The notes under the pieces are model-generated. The model made no database searches. It saw only the letters and a program-made list of their open reading frames with translations, and was not told where the DNA came from. Source: Fibrobacter sp. (lineage in GTDB: Bacteria > Fibrobacterota > Fibrobacteria > Fibrobacterales > Fibrobacteraceae). Taken from it: a stretch of 64,000 nt of DNA. Each line of letters starts with the position of its first letter. Position 1 is the first letter of the stretch. The stretch is from assembly GCA_024398815.1 (NCBI GenBank), contig JAKSIL010000001.1, forward strand, positions 23,238-87,237. The letters are read 5' to 3'. Positions 9,509 to 19,279 of this stretch are shown one piece after another. A program made the position numbers and the translations under genes.

Positions 9509-10876
9509 ATGCCGTTTGTAACAACTTTAGCTGGCGAAAATTTCGCTCCGGATTTGCCTTCGCGCTTGCTCCGTATCGCCGAAGACATCCGTAAGGCGGG
9601 TGGCCGTGCGTTTCTTGTGGGCGGTTGGGTCCGCGATGCATTGCTTGGCAAAAATTGCCGCGACTACGACGTGGAAGTCTACGACTTGGCGCAGGATGAA
9701 CTTGTTCCCATCTTAAAGAATTACGGCAAGACGAATCTCGTCGGGAAAGCCTTCGGTGTGATTCACCTCGCGATGAAGGGGCTCTCGCTCGATTTCAGCT
9801 TTCCGCGCACCGAAAGCAAGGTGGGCTATGGACATCGCGGGTTCGTGGTGCATACCGACGAAAAGTTGAGCTTCAAGGAAGCGGCTCTTCGCCGTGATTT
9901 CACCATCAACGCCATGGGCATGGAACTGCCTGAACTCACGCTGTGCGACCCGTACGGCGGCATCGAAGACTTGAAAAAAAGCGTACTTCGCCATGTGGGC
10001 CCCGCGTTTGTCGAGGATTCCCTTCGCATTCTGCGCGGGGTGCAGTTCGCAAGCCGTTTCGCACTTTCGCTTGCGCCCGAGACGATTGAACTTTGCCGTA
10101 CGCTTTCGCTCGAGGATTTGAGCATCGAGCGCTTGTTCGAAGAATTCAAGAAGTGGCTCCTGAAGCCTGGCAAGCCTTCGCTTGGATTGAAGGCGTTTTT
10201 GGATATCGGGCTGGACGGATTTTTCCCGGAAGTGGTGCCGTTTTGCGGCTCCTGGGAAAATCTTGGAAACTTGCTTGACAACATGGCGGAACTTCGCGCT
10301 TCGGAGCTGCAAAAAGATTCCGCAGCGCTTTCGGAAGACGAATGCTCCGAACTTGCCTTTGCCGCGCTTCTTGCAGGGAATGCCGTTGGAACCGAAAATC
10401 GTTGCACGGAAGGGCTCCATAATCGCAGTGTTGACTTGGGCGGCGTAAGCGAAACTGTCGAAAAATTCCTTGCGCGCATCACGAACGAAATTCATTTGGT
10501 GCGAAAGGTCCCCGAGATTCTTTCGTGTTACGGAAACTTGAATTTTGAAAATGTGCCGCCTTTGCCCGAAATGCGCAGAATGGCCGTACGCCTTGGCGGA
10601 TTGAAACTGCTGTGTCTGCTTCTCGAATCGACTCCGGCATCGATGCTCAAGACTCCGGATTTTGCGGAAAAGTTTACTGCGGAAGCGCAAAGAATTTCTG
10701 TGTACGAAAAGGCTCCCGAGCCGTTCCTCACGGGAAAGCTTCTAATGGAACTGGGCGTCAGACCCGGCAAGCAGATGGGCGAGATCATCAAGGAAAGTTT
10801 TGAACTGCAGCTGGATGAAAAGCTGACTTCTGTGGATGAGTCCATGGCCTGGGCCCGCGAGAAGGTTCTCCACTAG
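9509..10876 (+). CDS. cca: CCA tRNA nucleotidyltransferase / poly(A) polymerase family
   Basis: LVGGWVRDALLG..DYDVE, RRDFTINAM, DPYGG, EDSLRILR, C-terminal LTGKLLMELGVRPGKQMG. No recognisable HD domain. Confidence 0.85.
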   Translation: MPFVTTLAGENFAPDLPSRLLRIAEDIRKAGGRAFLVGGWVRDALLGKNCRDYDVEVYDLAQDELVPILKNYGKTNLVGKAFGVIHLAMKGLSLDFSFPRTESKVGYGHRGFVVHTDEKLSFKEAALRRDFTINAMGMELPELTLCDPYGGIEDLKKSVLRHVGPAFVEDSLRILRGVQFASRFALSLAPETIELCRTLSLEDLSIERLFEEFKKWLLKPGKPSLGLKAFLDIGLDGFFPEVVPFCGSWENLGNLLDNMAELRASELQKDSAALSEDECSELAFAALLAGNAVGTENRCTEGLHNRSVDLGGVSETVEKFLARITNEIHLVRKVPEILSCYGNLNFENVPPLPEMRRMAVRLGGLKLLCLLLESTPASMLKTPDFAEKFTAEAQRISVYEKAPEPFLTGKLLMELGVRPGKQMGEIIKESFELQLDEKLTSVDESMAWAREKVLH

Positions 10877-10886
10877 GAGTTCGCGG

Positions 10887-11492
10887 ATGTTGCTTTCCCG
10901 CATTCCTTCGATAGGCCAGATAATGCAATGGCTTGGCCTTGCGGAAACAACCGAGCACAGGGCGATTGTCTGCGGCGTAATTGCATTGATCGTTCTTTTG
11001 TCGCCGGTGATTGTAGGCTTGCTTTTGCATTTGCTGCTTTGCCTGCAGATGAAACTTCTTTCGCGTTTTAGCCCGCAGTTTGCTGTTGCGTTTGCCAATT
11101 ATGTTACGTTCCCGGGAACCATTTTTCACGAGTCTGCGCACTTGCTTTTGGCCGTGGTTACCGGGGCGCAGGTGGTGGAGGTGAAGTTCCTGGAACATAC
11201 GGAAGACACTCTTGGGCACGTGACATACCGTAATCGTGGATTTTTCCTTTGGTGCCGTTTGCAAGATACTTTGATTTCCTGCGCACCGACTGTTCTTGGC
11301 GTTGTGGGGTGCGGATTTTTGCTGGAATTCATTTTGCGTGGCGGCTATGTGTGGTGGCAGTACATTTTGCTGTGGTATCTGTTTGTGTCGCTCTTGGATC
11401 ATGCCACTATGAGCCCTGCGGATCTCAAGAATTACTTTGGCGGAGTCTGGGTGTTTCTTTTGCCTGTGTTCGCCTGCCTCATGTGGTTGTAA
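10887..11492 (+). CDS. Membrane protein with HExxH motif (M50-like metalloprotease)
   Basis: Multiple TM segments; FPGTIFHESAH; LGHV; APTVLG; SPAD. Start set at ATG 10887 after GGAG. Confidence 0.7.
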   Translation: MLLSRIPSIGQIMQWLGLAETTEHRAIVCGVIALIVLLSPVIVGLLLHLLLCLQMKLLSRFSPQFAVAFANYVTFPGTIFHESAHLLLAVVTGAQVVEVKFLEHTEDTLGHVTYRNRGFFLWCRLQDTLISCAPTVLGVVGCGFLLEFILRGGYVWWQYILLWYLFVSLLDHATMSPADLKNYFGGVWVFLLPVFACLMWL

Positions 11493-11513
11493 ACATCGCA
11501 AAAGCCGCCCAAC

Positions 11514-11673
11514 CGCGTCATCCTGGAGCGCAGCGACGTAATCCACGACGAACCTACCGCAAAAACGCCCGCCGCATCGCGTCATCCTGGAGCGCAGCGA
11601 CGTGATCCACGACGAACCTACCGCAAAAACGCCCGCCGCATCGCGTCATCCTGGAGCGCAGCGACGGGATCCA
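11514..11673. repeat. Tandem repeat with 64-bp period containing three REP-like palindromic units
   Basis: GTCATCCTGGAGCGCAGCGACG(T/G)(A/G)ATCCA at 11517, 11581 and 11645, with two identical linkers. Confidence 0.85.
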
Positions 11674-11703
11674 TACATCCCCGTATCGCAAAATGCGTAA
11701 ATT

Positions 11704-11741
11704 CACCCACTAAATTGAAGTTTTCGCTCATTTAGTGGGTG
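11704..11741. terminator. Hairpin / probable terminator between convergent genes
   Basis: CACCCACTAAAT...ATTTAGTGGGTG, followed by TTTTT. Confidence 0.6.
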
Positions 11742-11769
11742 TTTTTGCAAAATTGCGCTTCTACCAGCT

Positions 11770-12873
11770 TTATTTCCATCTGAACATTCCTGTGATTCCT
11801 GCAGGCACGCAGAACACGATCATCGGAATCTGGATGAGTTCCACGGGGATGAACGCGAACATCTTGCGCTTCACGTGGAGCTTCCATGCGGCAATGCTCA
11901 AAAAGATGAAGTCCACGACGAACTTGGGCAATATGCTGAACACGCACCATTCCCATGGGCAGTCCAGGAAGGCTACGCACCACGGACTCAGGAACATCCA
12001 GATGTAGTATGTATAAATTAATGTCAGCAGCAGAATGTACGCTTTGCTTTCGTAACTGGTGCCGTTACTGCTCCAGCGGGCGCGCTGGTTGAAGAGTTGC
12101 TTCCAAGTGTGCACGGGAGCGGTCTCGATGACGGCGTCCTTGTCGAGGTTGTAGCAGACTTTGGTGCCTTCGATTTTCATCATCTTGTGGATGAGCATGT
12201 CGTCGTCGCCGCTGCTCAAGTTGATGAGGTCGCCAAAGCCTCCGACCTTGAAGAAAAGTTCCTTTTTGTAGGCGAGGCAGGCGGCGCTTGCCACGATGGG
12301 GTGGCCGAGGCTGAAGCCCGCGGCTTCCATGGCGGTGTAGCCGAGCGTTTCAAGCTTCTGGTAAAGGTGCGGCATGGTGCGCGAGCCGTTGTTCTGCTTG
12401 GGGCCTTGCACAATGCAGATGCCGTCGTTGAAGCGGCCGGCCATGGAGGTTATCCAGCTCTTGCGCGGGATGCAGTCGGCGTCCATGGTCAAGAGTACTT
12501 CGTTCTTCGCTATCTTGAAGGCGCTTTCGAGGGCGCGTTTTTTGGGGCTTGCGATTTGCGGCAAATCCTGCGGGAGCGAAAGCACGCGGAACTTTTCGTG
12601 CGTGGCGGCGAAGGCTTCCAGAATCTGGCGTGTGGAGTCGGTGGAACGGTCGTCCACGCAGATGACTTCCCATTCGCCTGCGTAATCTTGAACAGCGAGG
12701 GCTTCGAGCGTCCTCTGGGCGAATTCCTCTTCGTTACGCATGGGCACGACGACCGAAACGCTCGGGGTGGCTTTGGCGCCCCGGTAGCGGTGGGTCTTTG
12801 CGATCCCAATGATGAAGAACAGGAACAGCAGCACGTAAATGGCTGTGAGCCCTGCGATAAAGAAAACGCTCAT
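11770..12873 (-). CDS. Glycosyltransferase family 2, membrane-bound
   Basis: SVVVPMRNEE, VDDRSTD, TMDADC, SGDDD, QRARW; N- and C-terminal TM helices. Confidence 0.9.
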   Translation of the reverse strand: MSVFFIAGLTAIYVLLFLFFIIGIAKTHRYRGAKATPSVSVVVPMRNEEEFAQRTLEALAVQDYAGEWEVICVDDRSTDSTRQILEAFAATHEKFRVLSLPQDLPQIASPKKRALESAFKIAKNEVLLTMDADCIPRKSWITSMAGRFNDGICIVQGPKQNNGSRTMPHLYQKLETLGYTAMEAAGFSLGHPIVASAACLAYKKELFFKVGGFGDLINLSSGDDDMLIHKMMKIEGTKVCYNLDKDAVIETAPVHTWKQLFNQRARWSSNGTSYESKAYILLLTLIYTYYIWMFLSPWCVAFLDCPWEWCVFSILPKFVVDFIFLSIAAWKLHVKRKMFAFIPVELIQIPMIVFCVPAGITGMFRWK

Positions 12874-13093
12874 GGGTCAAAATGTAGTATTTAGCGGTTC
12901 GTGGATGGTGATTGGTGGCTGGGTTTGCATCAGGAAATGCGCGGAAGTCGTGGATTTGGAGGGGCGACGCGTCAATAGTCCTTGTCGGAATAATCCTTTG
13001 AGAAAACACCGCATTTGAAAAATTCTGGCAAAGGGTAAAATTTTTGCATATGTTTATGTATTGTAGATTTTTTATCTCTCAAAGGGGTTTCCT

Positions 13094-13540
13094 ATGAAAA
13101 ATTGCTTCAAGTTCTTTTTGACGTGTGCATTCTGCCTTACCGCAATGGGTGCCGTCGCCTGCTCGGACGATTCCAGCAGCTCCGCCCCTGCGAATGACGA
13201 AAAGAAAAATACAGGCTCCTGGAATGAAATTCAGGTCTTTGACGCTAAGACCGACTTGCCGAGTTGTGACAAGTTCGGTGGCGCCACCGCACAAGTCATT
13301 GACGAAAAGGCGTTCTTCGCCTGCTTCGATGGCAAGTGGGAACAGATTGGCGTAACAGTCCCTGCCTACGAACAGCTCCCGGAATGCAAAGCGTCCTTGA
13401 ACGACTTCTGCATCGATATCGCCGATGACGATAAAATCCAGGAATCCTACGTATGCGACGAAGGCGAGTGGGTCAAGGCGAGCAAGGCCAAAGGCGGTTG
13501 CATAAAAGGGAATGAGAACGAATATGAAGTAACCTTGTAA
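13094..13540 (+). CDS. Hypothetical Cys-rich lipoprotein
   Basis: Lipobox AVAC-SDDSSS; two LP.C....C..G.W modules. Confidence 0.7.
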   Translation: MKNCFKFFLTCAFCLTAMGAVACSDDSSSSAPANDEKKNTGSWNEIQVFDAKTDLPSCDKFGGATAQVIDEKAFFACFDGKWEQIGVTVPAYEQLPECKASLNDFCIDIADDDKIQESYVCDEGEWVKASKAKGGCIKGNENEYEVTL

Positions 13541-13625
13541 CAGGTGTAACTCCCTTCCTCTATTTTATATATTTGGTCTGCACTCTTGCACTTTGATACC
13601 TGCCCCCTGAAACCTGATCCCTAAT

Positions 13626-14390
13626 ATGCATCCATCCGCTTTTGTCCATCCTTCCGCCAAAGTTCACGAAACCGCTGTTATCGGCCCTTGGTGTGTTGTG
13701 GATGAAGGTGCCGAAATCGGCCCAGGCGTTGTTTTGGAATGCAGGGTGCATGTTTATGGGGGAGTTTCGATAGGGGCCAACACGCATGTTTACGATGGCG
13801 CTGTCCTAGGTGCCCCTCCGCAAGATTTGAAATACGCCGGCGAACCGACTCGACTTGAAGTGGGCGAGGGCTGCACCATTCGCGAATACTGCACCTTGAA
13901 CCGCGGCACGGTCCAGGGGGGCGGCGTCACGAAGGTTGCGGACAAAGTATTGCTGATGGCGTACTGCCATGTGGCCCACGACTGCGAGATCGGCACGGGT
14001 GCCGTTCTCGCCAATGGCTGCCAGCTTGGCGGCCATGTGCGCATAGGCGCCTACGCCACCATCGGTGGCACTACGGCCATCCAACAGCGGAACCAGGTCG
14101 GCGCCTACGCGTTCGTGGGCGGCACTCTCAAGGTCGATCGCGATGTACCTCCGGCGAGCAAGGCCTTCGGCAATCCGCTCAAGTGGGGTGCCTTGAACCT
14201 CCATGCCCTTCGTCTGCACGAATCCGAATTCCCGCAAGAACGCATCGACGCGCTTTCGCATGCCTACCGCGCCCTGTACCGCAGTGGCCGCCCCACTGCC
14301 GAGGTCGTCGAGGAATTGAAAAAAGGCCCGGAACCTCTGTTCCAAGCCTTTTTCGACGAACACTGGGGCGGCACTCTCGTGCGCCCATAG
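13626..14390 (+). CDS. lpxA: Acyl-ACP:UDP-N-acetylglucosamine O-acyltransferase
   Basis: Hexapeptide repeats; PQDLKYAGEPT, IREYCTLNRGT, MAYCHVAHDC. Confidence 0.92.
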   Translation: MHPSAFVHPSAKVHETAVIGPWCVVDEGAEIGPGVVLECRVHVYGGVSIGANTHVYDGAVLGAPPQDLKYAGEPTRLEVGEGCTIREYCTLNRGTVQGGGVTKVADKVLLMAYCHVAHDCEIGTGAVLANGCQLGGHVRIGAYATIGGTTAIQQRNQVGAYAFVGGTLKVDRDVPPASKAFGNPLKWGALNLHALRLHESEFPQERIDALSHAYRALYRSGRPTAEVVEELKKGPEPLFQAFFDEHWGGTLVRP

Positions 14391-14393
14391 TCT

Positions 14394-15578
14394 CTAGATA
14401 TTGTTCTTGATGACTTCGATGATTGTCGGGTACCATTCCCCGGCACTCTTGTCGTAGATGTCGAATCCGACGCCGGTCAAGCCCCAGATATGCCAAGAAA
14501 GTCCGAGCTGGTTTGCCGTCTGTATGATGGCCTTGATGTACTGGGCTCTGTTGGCTTCGTCGGCGCCTTCGGCTTCGCAGTGGGCCGATGCTCCGAATTC
14601 ACCGATGTTCAAAGGAATCGAGGTTCCGTTCTTTCCCGGGAACAGTTTTTTAGACAAAGTAACGTAGCTTCTCAAGTCGCTCACAATCTTGAGAAGTGCT
14701 TCCTGGTCGTTCGGGTTCCACGGACCACGGCAGGGATTGCTGTTGTCGGTGCCTTGGTGGCTGTAGCTGTACGGTTCGTAGTAGTGGCCGTCGATAATCA
14801 TGTTGCTGTCCTTGATGTCGGCGAAGGCGTCCATCAGTTCGAACTTGCCCCAGTTGCCCGGATTCACGAGGATTGTCCTCGTGGGGTTCGTCTTGCGGAT
14901 GATTTCAATGGCCTTTTTCGTGAGTTCCGTCAGGTACTTGTCGCTCTGGCCTCTGGATTCGTTCAAGATTTCAAAGGCGAGGGAGTCGTCGGGGAAGTCC
15001 TTGAACTCTTCGGCAATCTGTTCCCAGATTCCGTAGAATTTGTCGAGCTGTCCGGTAGGGTCTTCGTAGAGTTCATTATAATGGTGCTGGTTGATGACCA
15101 CGGGCATGCCGAGGGCGTTTGCCATGTGCACATGCTTCTTCACGCCTTCCAGTCGGAGTTCCTGCAGCTGGTAAGGGGGTTCGTTTTGGGCGGTCTGGTT
15201 CCAGCGCACGGGCATGCGGATGGACTGGAAGCCTGCGTCTTTCACCATCTGGAACCATTCGTCTTGGATGGGATTGCTCCAGTAGCTGTCGTCGTAGTCC
15301 AATACGGCTCCGCTCTTGTTCGTGTTGTAGCCCGATTCCCAGGAGTTCCCGAAGTTGATGCCGTGGCCGAGTTTCTTGTTGAATTCAATGGCCCTGGCGT
15401 AGTTGGGGAGCCCGTCGTCGGTTTCTTCCTCGACGCTCGAACTGGATGCCGTCGTGTTGTCGGTCGCTTTCGATTCAGAGGACTTCGTTTCGGGTCCGGT
15501 AGAACTGGAGTCTTCCGAACACCCCTGCCAGAAGGCGGTAAGCGACAATACGAGTAGGGCCGATAGAATTTTTTTCAT
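14394..15578 (-). CDS. Glycoside hydrolase family 5 (endoglucanase-like) lipoprotein
   Basis: Lipobox WQGC; GINFGNSWE, GFQSIRMPVRW, NQHH, FEILNES (acid/base), HYYEP, IGEFG (nucleophile). Start at ATG 15578. Confidence 0.9.
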   Translation of the reverse strand: MKKILSALLVLSLTAFWQGCSEDSSSTGPETKSSESKATDNTTASSSSVEEETDDGLPNYARAIEFNKKLGHGINFGNSWESGYNTNKSGAVLDYDDSYWSNPIQDEWFQMVKDAGFQSIRMPVRWNQTAQNEPPYQLQELRLEGVKKHVHMANALGMPVVINQHHYNELYEDPTGQLDKFYGIWEQIAEEFKDFPDDSLAFEILNESRGQSDKYLTELTKKAIEIIRKTNPTRTILVNPGNWGKFELMDAFADIKDSNMIIDGHYYEPYSYSHQGTDNSNPCRGPWNPNDQEALLKIVSDLRSYVTLSKKLFPGKNGTSIPLNIGEFGASAHCEAEGADEANRAQYIKAIIQTANQLGLSWHIWGLTGVGFDIYDKSAGEWYPTIIEVIKNNI

Positions 15579-15688
15579 GATTTTTCCCTTTGTGTCCAAA
15601 AATACAACTAAGCCTGTCCCAAAAGACATTTTTGCCCAATGCCATTTTGAAAACCGACCTTATGTAAACATAAATTTATTTCTTTTGC

Positions 15689-15723
15689 TTGTATACGGGG
15701 GAAGAGCCATTTTTGTATACGGG
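15689..15723. promoter_or_regulatory. 11-bp direct repeat (candidate operator) in a divergent promoter region
   Basis: TTGTATACGGG at 15689-15699 and 15713-15723. Confidence 0.4.
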
Positions 15724-15874
15724 CGAAACCATATAAACCGATGATTTGCCCGTCCTGGTTTTTCAAAAAAGGTTATCTTTGGGCATAAGTAGCTGTGTAT
15801 GGTCATTGGAACCCTTTTCCAAAGCTATATTTCGGCGACCTCTGTCTTTGGAGACTCCTAAGGATATGAAACAT

Positions 15875-16606
15875 ATGAGAATCTCATCTATCTTGAAGTG
15901 TGCTTTAGGCATCCTTCTTGCCGTGTCCCTTGCCGATGCGGCCTCTTTCAGTAGTTACCGCGACCGTGACGCGGGTCGATTTGTTCTTAAACCAGGTAAG
16001 CCCTTCCGCCCGGATAAAGACGTGGTTACCGTGGTGATGCGCGAGGCTATTCCCCGTGGCGGTGGATATACGTACCAGTATCCCCGTGAAAACCCTGAGC
16101 CGGTCCTTACCGACAAGTATGCCATGGAAGGCGCACTCTCCATGGAAATGGAACTTATTGCAAGCGACTATTCCGGTATCGCTATTTGTATTGCCGGTTC
16201 CGTCGACCTGACACCCTACCTCGAGGAAGGCGTCCTGGAGTTCTGGATCAAGGGTGAAAAGGGCGGCGAAAACGCACTTTTCGTGTTGGTTGACGACGGT
16301 GTCAAGAGCAACGGCGAATCCTTGCAGGTCAAGCTCCGTTCCAAGAGCCTTGGTGAAATCACTACCGAATGGACTCGCTTCAGCATTCCGCTCAAGCTGT
16401 TCGGAAATACCGGTGTGTACTGGGATGCCAAGAACACCCGCGAAGTCATGTTGCCCTTCAACTGGGCGAATTTCAAGGGTTTCCGTCTTGAAGTCCGTAA
16501 AGATGAGAACGAATCCTTCAAGGTGTGGATGGACGATATCGTGATCAAGAAGCACGGCAAGGCTTACGAAGGTCCTGCTTACTATCCGTTCCGCAACGAG
16601 ATTTAA
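15875..16606 (+). CDS. Secreted carbohydrate-binding protein (CBM30/CBM11-like galactose-binding-domain fold)
   Basis: Signal peptide; DLTPYLEEGVLEFWIKGEKGGE..EWTRFSIPLKLF..FNWAN..VWMDDI. Alternative start at 15866. Confidence 0.7.
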   Translation: MRISSILKCALGILLAVSLADAASFSSYRDRDAGRFVLKPGKPFRPDKDVVTVVMREAIPRGGGYTYQYPRENPEPVLTDKYAMEGALSMEMELIASDYSGIAICIAGSVDLTPYLEEGVLEFWIKGEKGGENALFVLVDDGVKSNGESLQVKLRSKSLGEITTEWTRFSIPLKLFGNTGVYWDAKNTREVMLPFNWANFKGFRLEVRKDENESFKVWMDDIVIKKHGKAYEGPAYYPFRNEI

Positions 16607-16615
16607 GGGGTTTTT

Positions 16616-19261
16616 ATGCGTAAACGTTATTTATCCGCTGTAATTTTGCTTTGCTCGTCTTTCCTGTTCGCTCAGGAGTTCGATAGCTATCAAGACGAAG
16701 CCCCCGTAGCTGAAGAAACCTCGACCGAAGCTTCTTCCGAAGAAGTCGCCGAACCGGCAGTCGAGGAAAGCGCTCCGGCAGAAGAAGTCGCCGAACCGGC
16801 GGCTGAGGAAAGCGCTTCCGAAGAAGTCGCCGAACCGGCAGCCGAAGAAAGTGCTTCCGAAGAAGTCGCCGAACCGGCAGCCGAAGAAAGTGCTTCTGAA
16901 GAAGTCGCCGAACCGGCAGCCGAGGAAAGTGCCCCCGAAGAAGTCGCCGAACCGGCACCTGAGGTTGCGTCCGATGCAGCCCCCGCCGAAGAAGAACCTA
17001 AGCTTGCTGGCGCCAAGATGGACAAGGCTCCGCCTCCGGTGCCTGCTGAAGCCAAGGTCTATATTCCTGCCGAAATGACTCCGGCCGACCGTGTCAAGTC
17101 CGTTCAAGACAACATGGACACTCTCGCCAACAACATGGAATCGACCCTTATCGGAAAGGACGACGCTCCTCTCGCCGTGTCGGGCTATATGGCCTTCCGC
17201 GTGAAGAACTTCGACTACACCGATATCGCTCCTGTCTATGGCGACGACAAGGCCCGCACCCAGGTCGACGCTACCCTCAAGATGAACATGGTGTTGATGC
17301 CGAACTCCTACATGACCCTTTGGACGAACATGACGTTCCCCTTCGATTTGACGGGTCTTTATACAAACTATTTGGCCGACCATCCGACTCGCAACCCGGG
17401 ATTCCACTGGACTCGCGTGCCGTTTGACCACAATACCGACTACACTCCTGCGTCTGTTGACGAAGAAATGAACTTCGGTGTCGACATCCGTTCTTCCGTG
17501 TTCGGCGCCTACGTGACCGCGGGCGGTGTTATCTGGGCGAACGCTTCTCCTTTGACCATGTGGGAACGTGAAACGATGCCGCGCTTTGCTTGGCAGTACG
17601 AAACGTTCGAAGAAGAAAAGACTGTCAGCACCTATTATAAGGAAAAGTCCTTCAAGCCTGTCAAGGAAGGTGGTCGTGCATTCTGGACGAACCGCTCCTT
17701 CGGTGGCGTTTTCATGAACGTTTACAACATGCCGTTCGGCATGATTGCCCAGGCGATGATTTCCCAGCCCAAGGACATGGACGCTGGTACTCGTGATGGT
17801 CTCCGCCTTTACGGTGGCCAGCCCAGCGAACTGGAAATGGGCGGTAACTACGACTTCCGCGGCGACGTCTATCACGCCCGTCTTGCCAAGACCAAGCTCT
17901 TTGACGGCATGACTCTCGGTGCGAACTACATCGGCGTGTTCTACGACGACGGCCTTATCGACGAAGACGAATTCGCCGGCTCCTGGACGAAGCTCAAGTT
18001 CCCGGGCGATCCGCACTTCGAAAACAACCAAATCGTTTCTATGGATATCAAGGGCAACATCAATCCCAAGTTCTACATCATGGCCGATGTGGGCGTAAGC
18101 TGGGATGACTCCACCTTGTTCCAAAACGTCGGAACTGACATGAAGTACGCCTACGACCGCGACTCCAGCCGCAGCGCCACGTCGAGCCCCGAGTTCGGTG
18201 TGTACGTGAAGGCCCAGGACAAGCACCTCGATTGGCTCCCGACTACTGTCGAAGCCGTGTATTTCACCAAGAACTTCTTCTCTCCCTATGGCATTACCGA
18301 CCCGTCCCGCCTGCGCAGCTGGCGCAAGGACGAGTTCTACCTGAACGCCGGTTCCCTCCGCTACGGTCCGAACATGGCCGGTATCAACTTCAAGTTCGAA
18401 CCTGAATTCAACCGTGGTCGCTTGGGCGTGCAGTACGGCCAGCATCGCCAGATTGAAGAAGGCAAGGACGTGCTCCTGTTCAACTACCGTTTGAACGGTC
18501 GTAACATGTGGGAAAGCACCAACTCCTGGACCAAGTACAATGCCTTGTTCTGGGCTGACTCTGGTAACGCTACCTCGGCCAACGGCTACGTGAATCGTGC
18601 CGGTGTGCTTACCAACCAGCGCAAGATGGAACGTCAGCGTGGTGGCCTCTACGGTGGAACTTGGGAACTCTGGGAATCCTTCGTGGCCTACGAAAACGCC
18701 GACCAGCTCAAGGAAGAAAAGGTTCCTGAACATGTCAAGTGGTCTTCTTACCTCTCTATCGACGGTGGTTACGACATCGGTCACTGGTTCGGCACCGACC
18801 GCAACGTGATGATGGCTGGCTATGCTTCCATTTCGGGCATTTCCAAGACCTTCGCTCCGGTCGCCTACAGCGAATCCCAGACAGACATGCTCCTGTGGAG
18901 CTTCTACGGTTTGTTTGAACCCACCTTCGCTCTTACTCCGACGGTTCACTTGGTTGGCCATGTAGGCCTCGAAACCTGGAAGTCCGAATACGGCTATACG
19001 GTTAACGATGCGAACGTGAGAACTACGGGCGTCAACGCCAGCGGTGCTTACGGCCTCCTGATTCCGACTTCGCAGTCTACCTACGAAAAGGCTCCTCTTG
19101 ACTACTATCAGACGGCATTTGGTATTGGCGTCGACTGGGACTTCTCTGCGCGAGCAGGCATCCATCTTCGCTACAAGTATGCTACACACACAGACAACTA
19201 TATATCGGAAAACGACTGGACCGGCCATTTCATTACGGCCGAAACCAAGGTCTGGTTCTAA
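16616..19261 (+). CDS. Predicted outer-membrane beta-barrel protein A with acidic N-terminal repeat
   Basis: Signal peptide; amphipathic strands; terminal TAETKVWF (beta-signal-like); paralogous to the next two genes. Confidence 0.7.
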   Translation: MRKRYLSAVILLCSSFLFAQEFDSYQDEAPVAEETSTEASSEEVAEPAVEESAPAEEVAEPAAEESASEEVAEPAAEESASEEVAEPAAEESASEEVAEPAAEESAPEEVAEPAPEVASDAAPAEEEPKLAGAKMDKAPPPVPAEAKVYIPAEMTPADRVKSVQDNMDTLANNMESTLIGKDDAPLAVSGYMAFRVKNFDYTDIAPVYGDDKARTQVDATLKMNMVLMPNSYMTLWTNMTFPFDLTGLYTNYLADHPTRNPGFHWTRVPFDHNTDYTPASVDEEMNFGVDIRSSVFGAYVTAGGVIWANASPLTMWERETMPRFAWQYETFEEEKTVSTYYKEKSFKPVKEGGRAFWTNRSFGGVFMNVYNMPFGMIAQAMISQPKDMDAGTRDGLRLYGGQPSELEMGGNYDFRGDVYHARLAKTKLFDGMTLGANYIGVFYDDGLIDEDEFAGSWTKLKFPGDPHFENNQIVSMDIKGNINPKFYIMADVGVSWDDSTLFQNVGTDMKYAYDRDSSRSATSSPEFGVYVKAQDKHLDWLPTTVEAVYFTKNFFSPYGITDPSRLRSWRKDEFYLNAGSLRYGPNMAGINFKFEPEFNRGRLGVQYGQHRQIEEGKDVLLFNYRLNGRNMWESTNSWTKYNALFWADSGNATSANGYVNRAGVLTNQRKMERQRGGLYGGTWELWESFVAYENADQLKEEKVPEHVKWSSYLSIDGGYDIGHWFGTDRNVMMAGYASISGISKTFAPVAYSESQTDMLLWSFYGLFEPTFALTPTVHLVGHVGLETWKSEYGYTVNDANVRTTGVNASGAYGLLIPTSQSTYEKAPLDYYQTAFGIGVDWDFSARAGIHLRYKYATHTDNYISENDWTGHFITAETKVWF
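16739..16960 (+). repeat. Intragenic 39-bp tandem repeat, about 6 copies of EEVAEPAAEESAS
   Basis: GAAGAAGTCGCCGAACCGGC at 16739, 16781, 16820, 16859, 16898 and 16937. Confidence 0.9.
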
Positions 19262-19279
19262 GGGGTTAAAGGTATAGCA

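Noticed and set aside
11514-11673. Mini CRISPR array (about 29-bp repeat + 35-bp spacer geometry)
   Set aside because: Both spacers are identical, the repeats are REP-like and vary internally, and there are no cas genes.
14394-15578. Inactive GH5 because NEP reads NES
   Set aside because: Both catalytic Glu residues (NE and GEFG) are retained.
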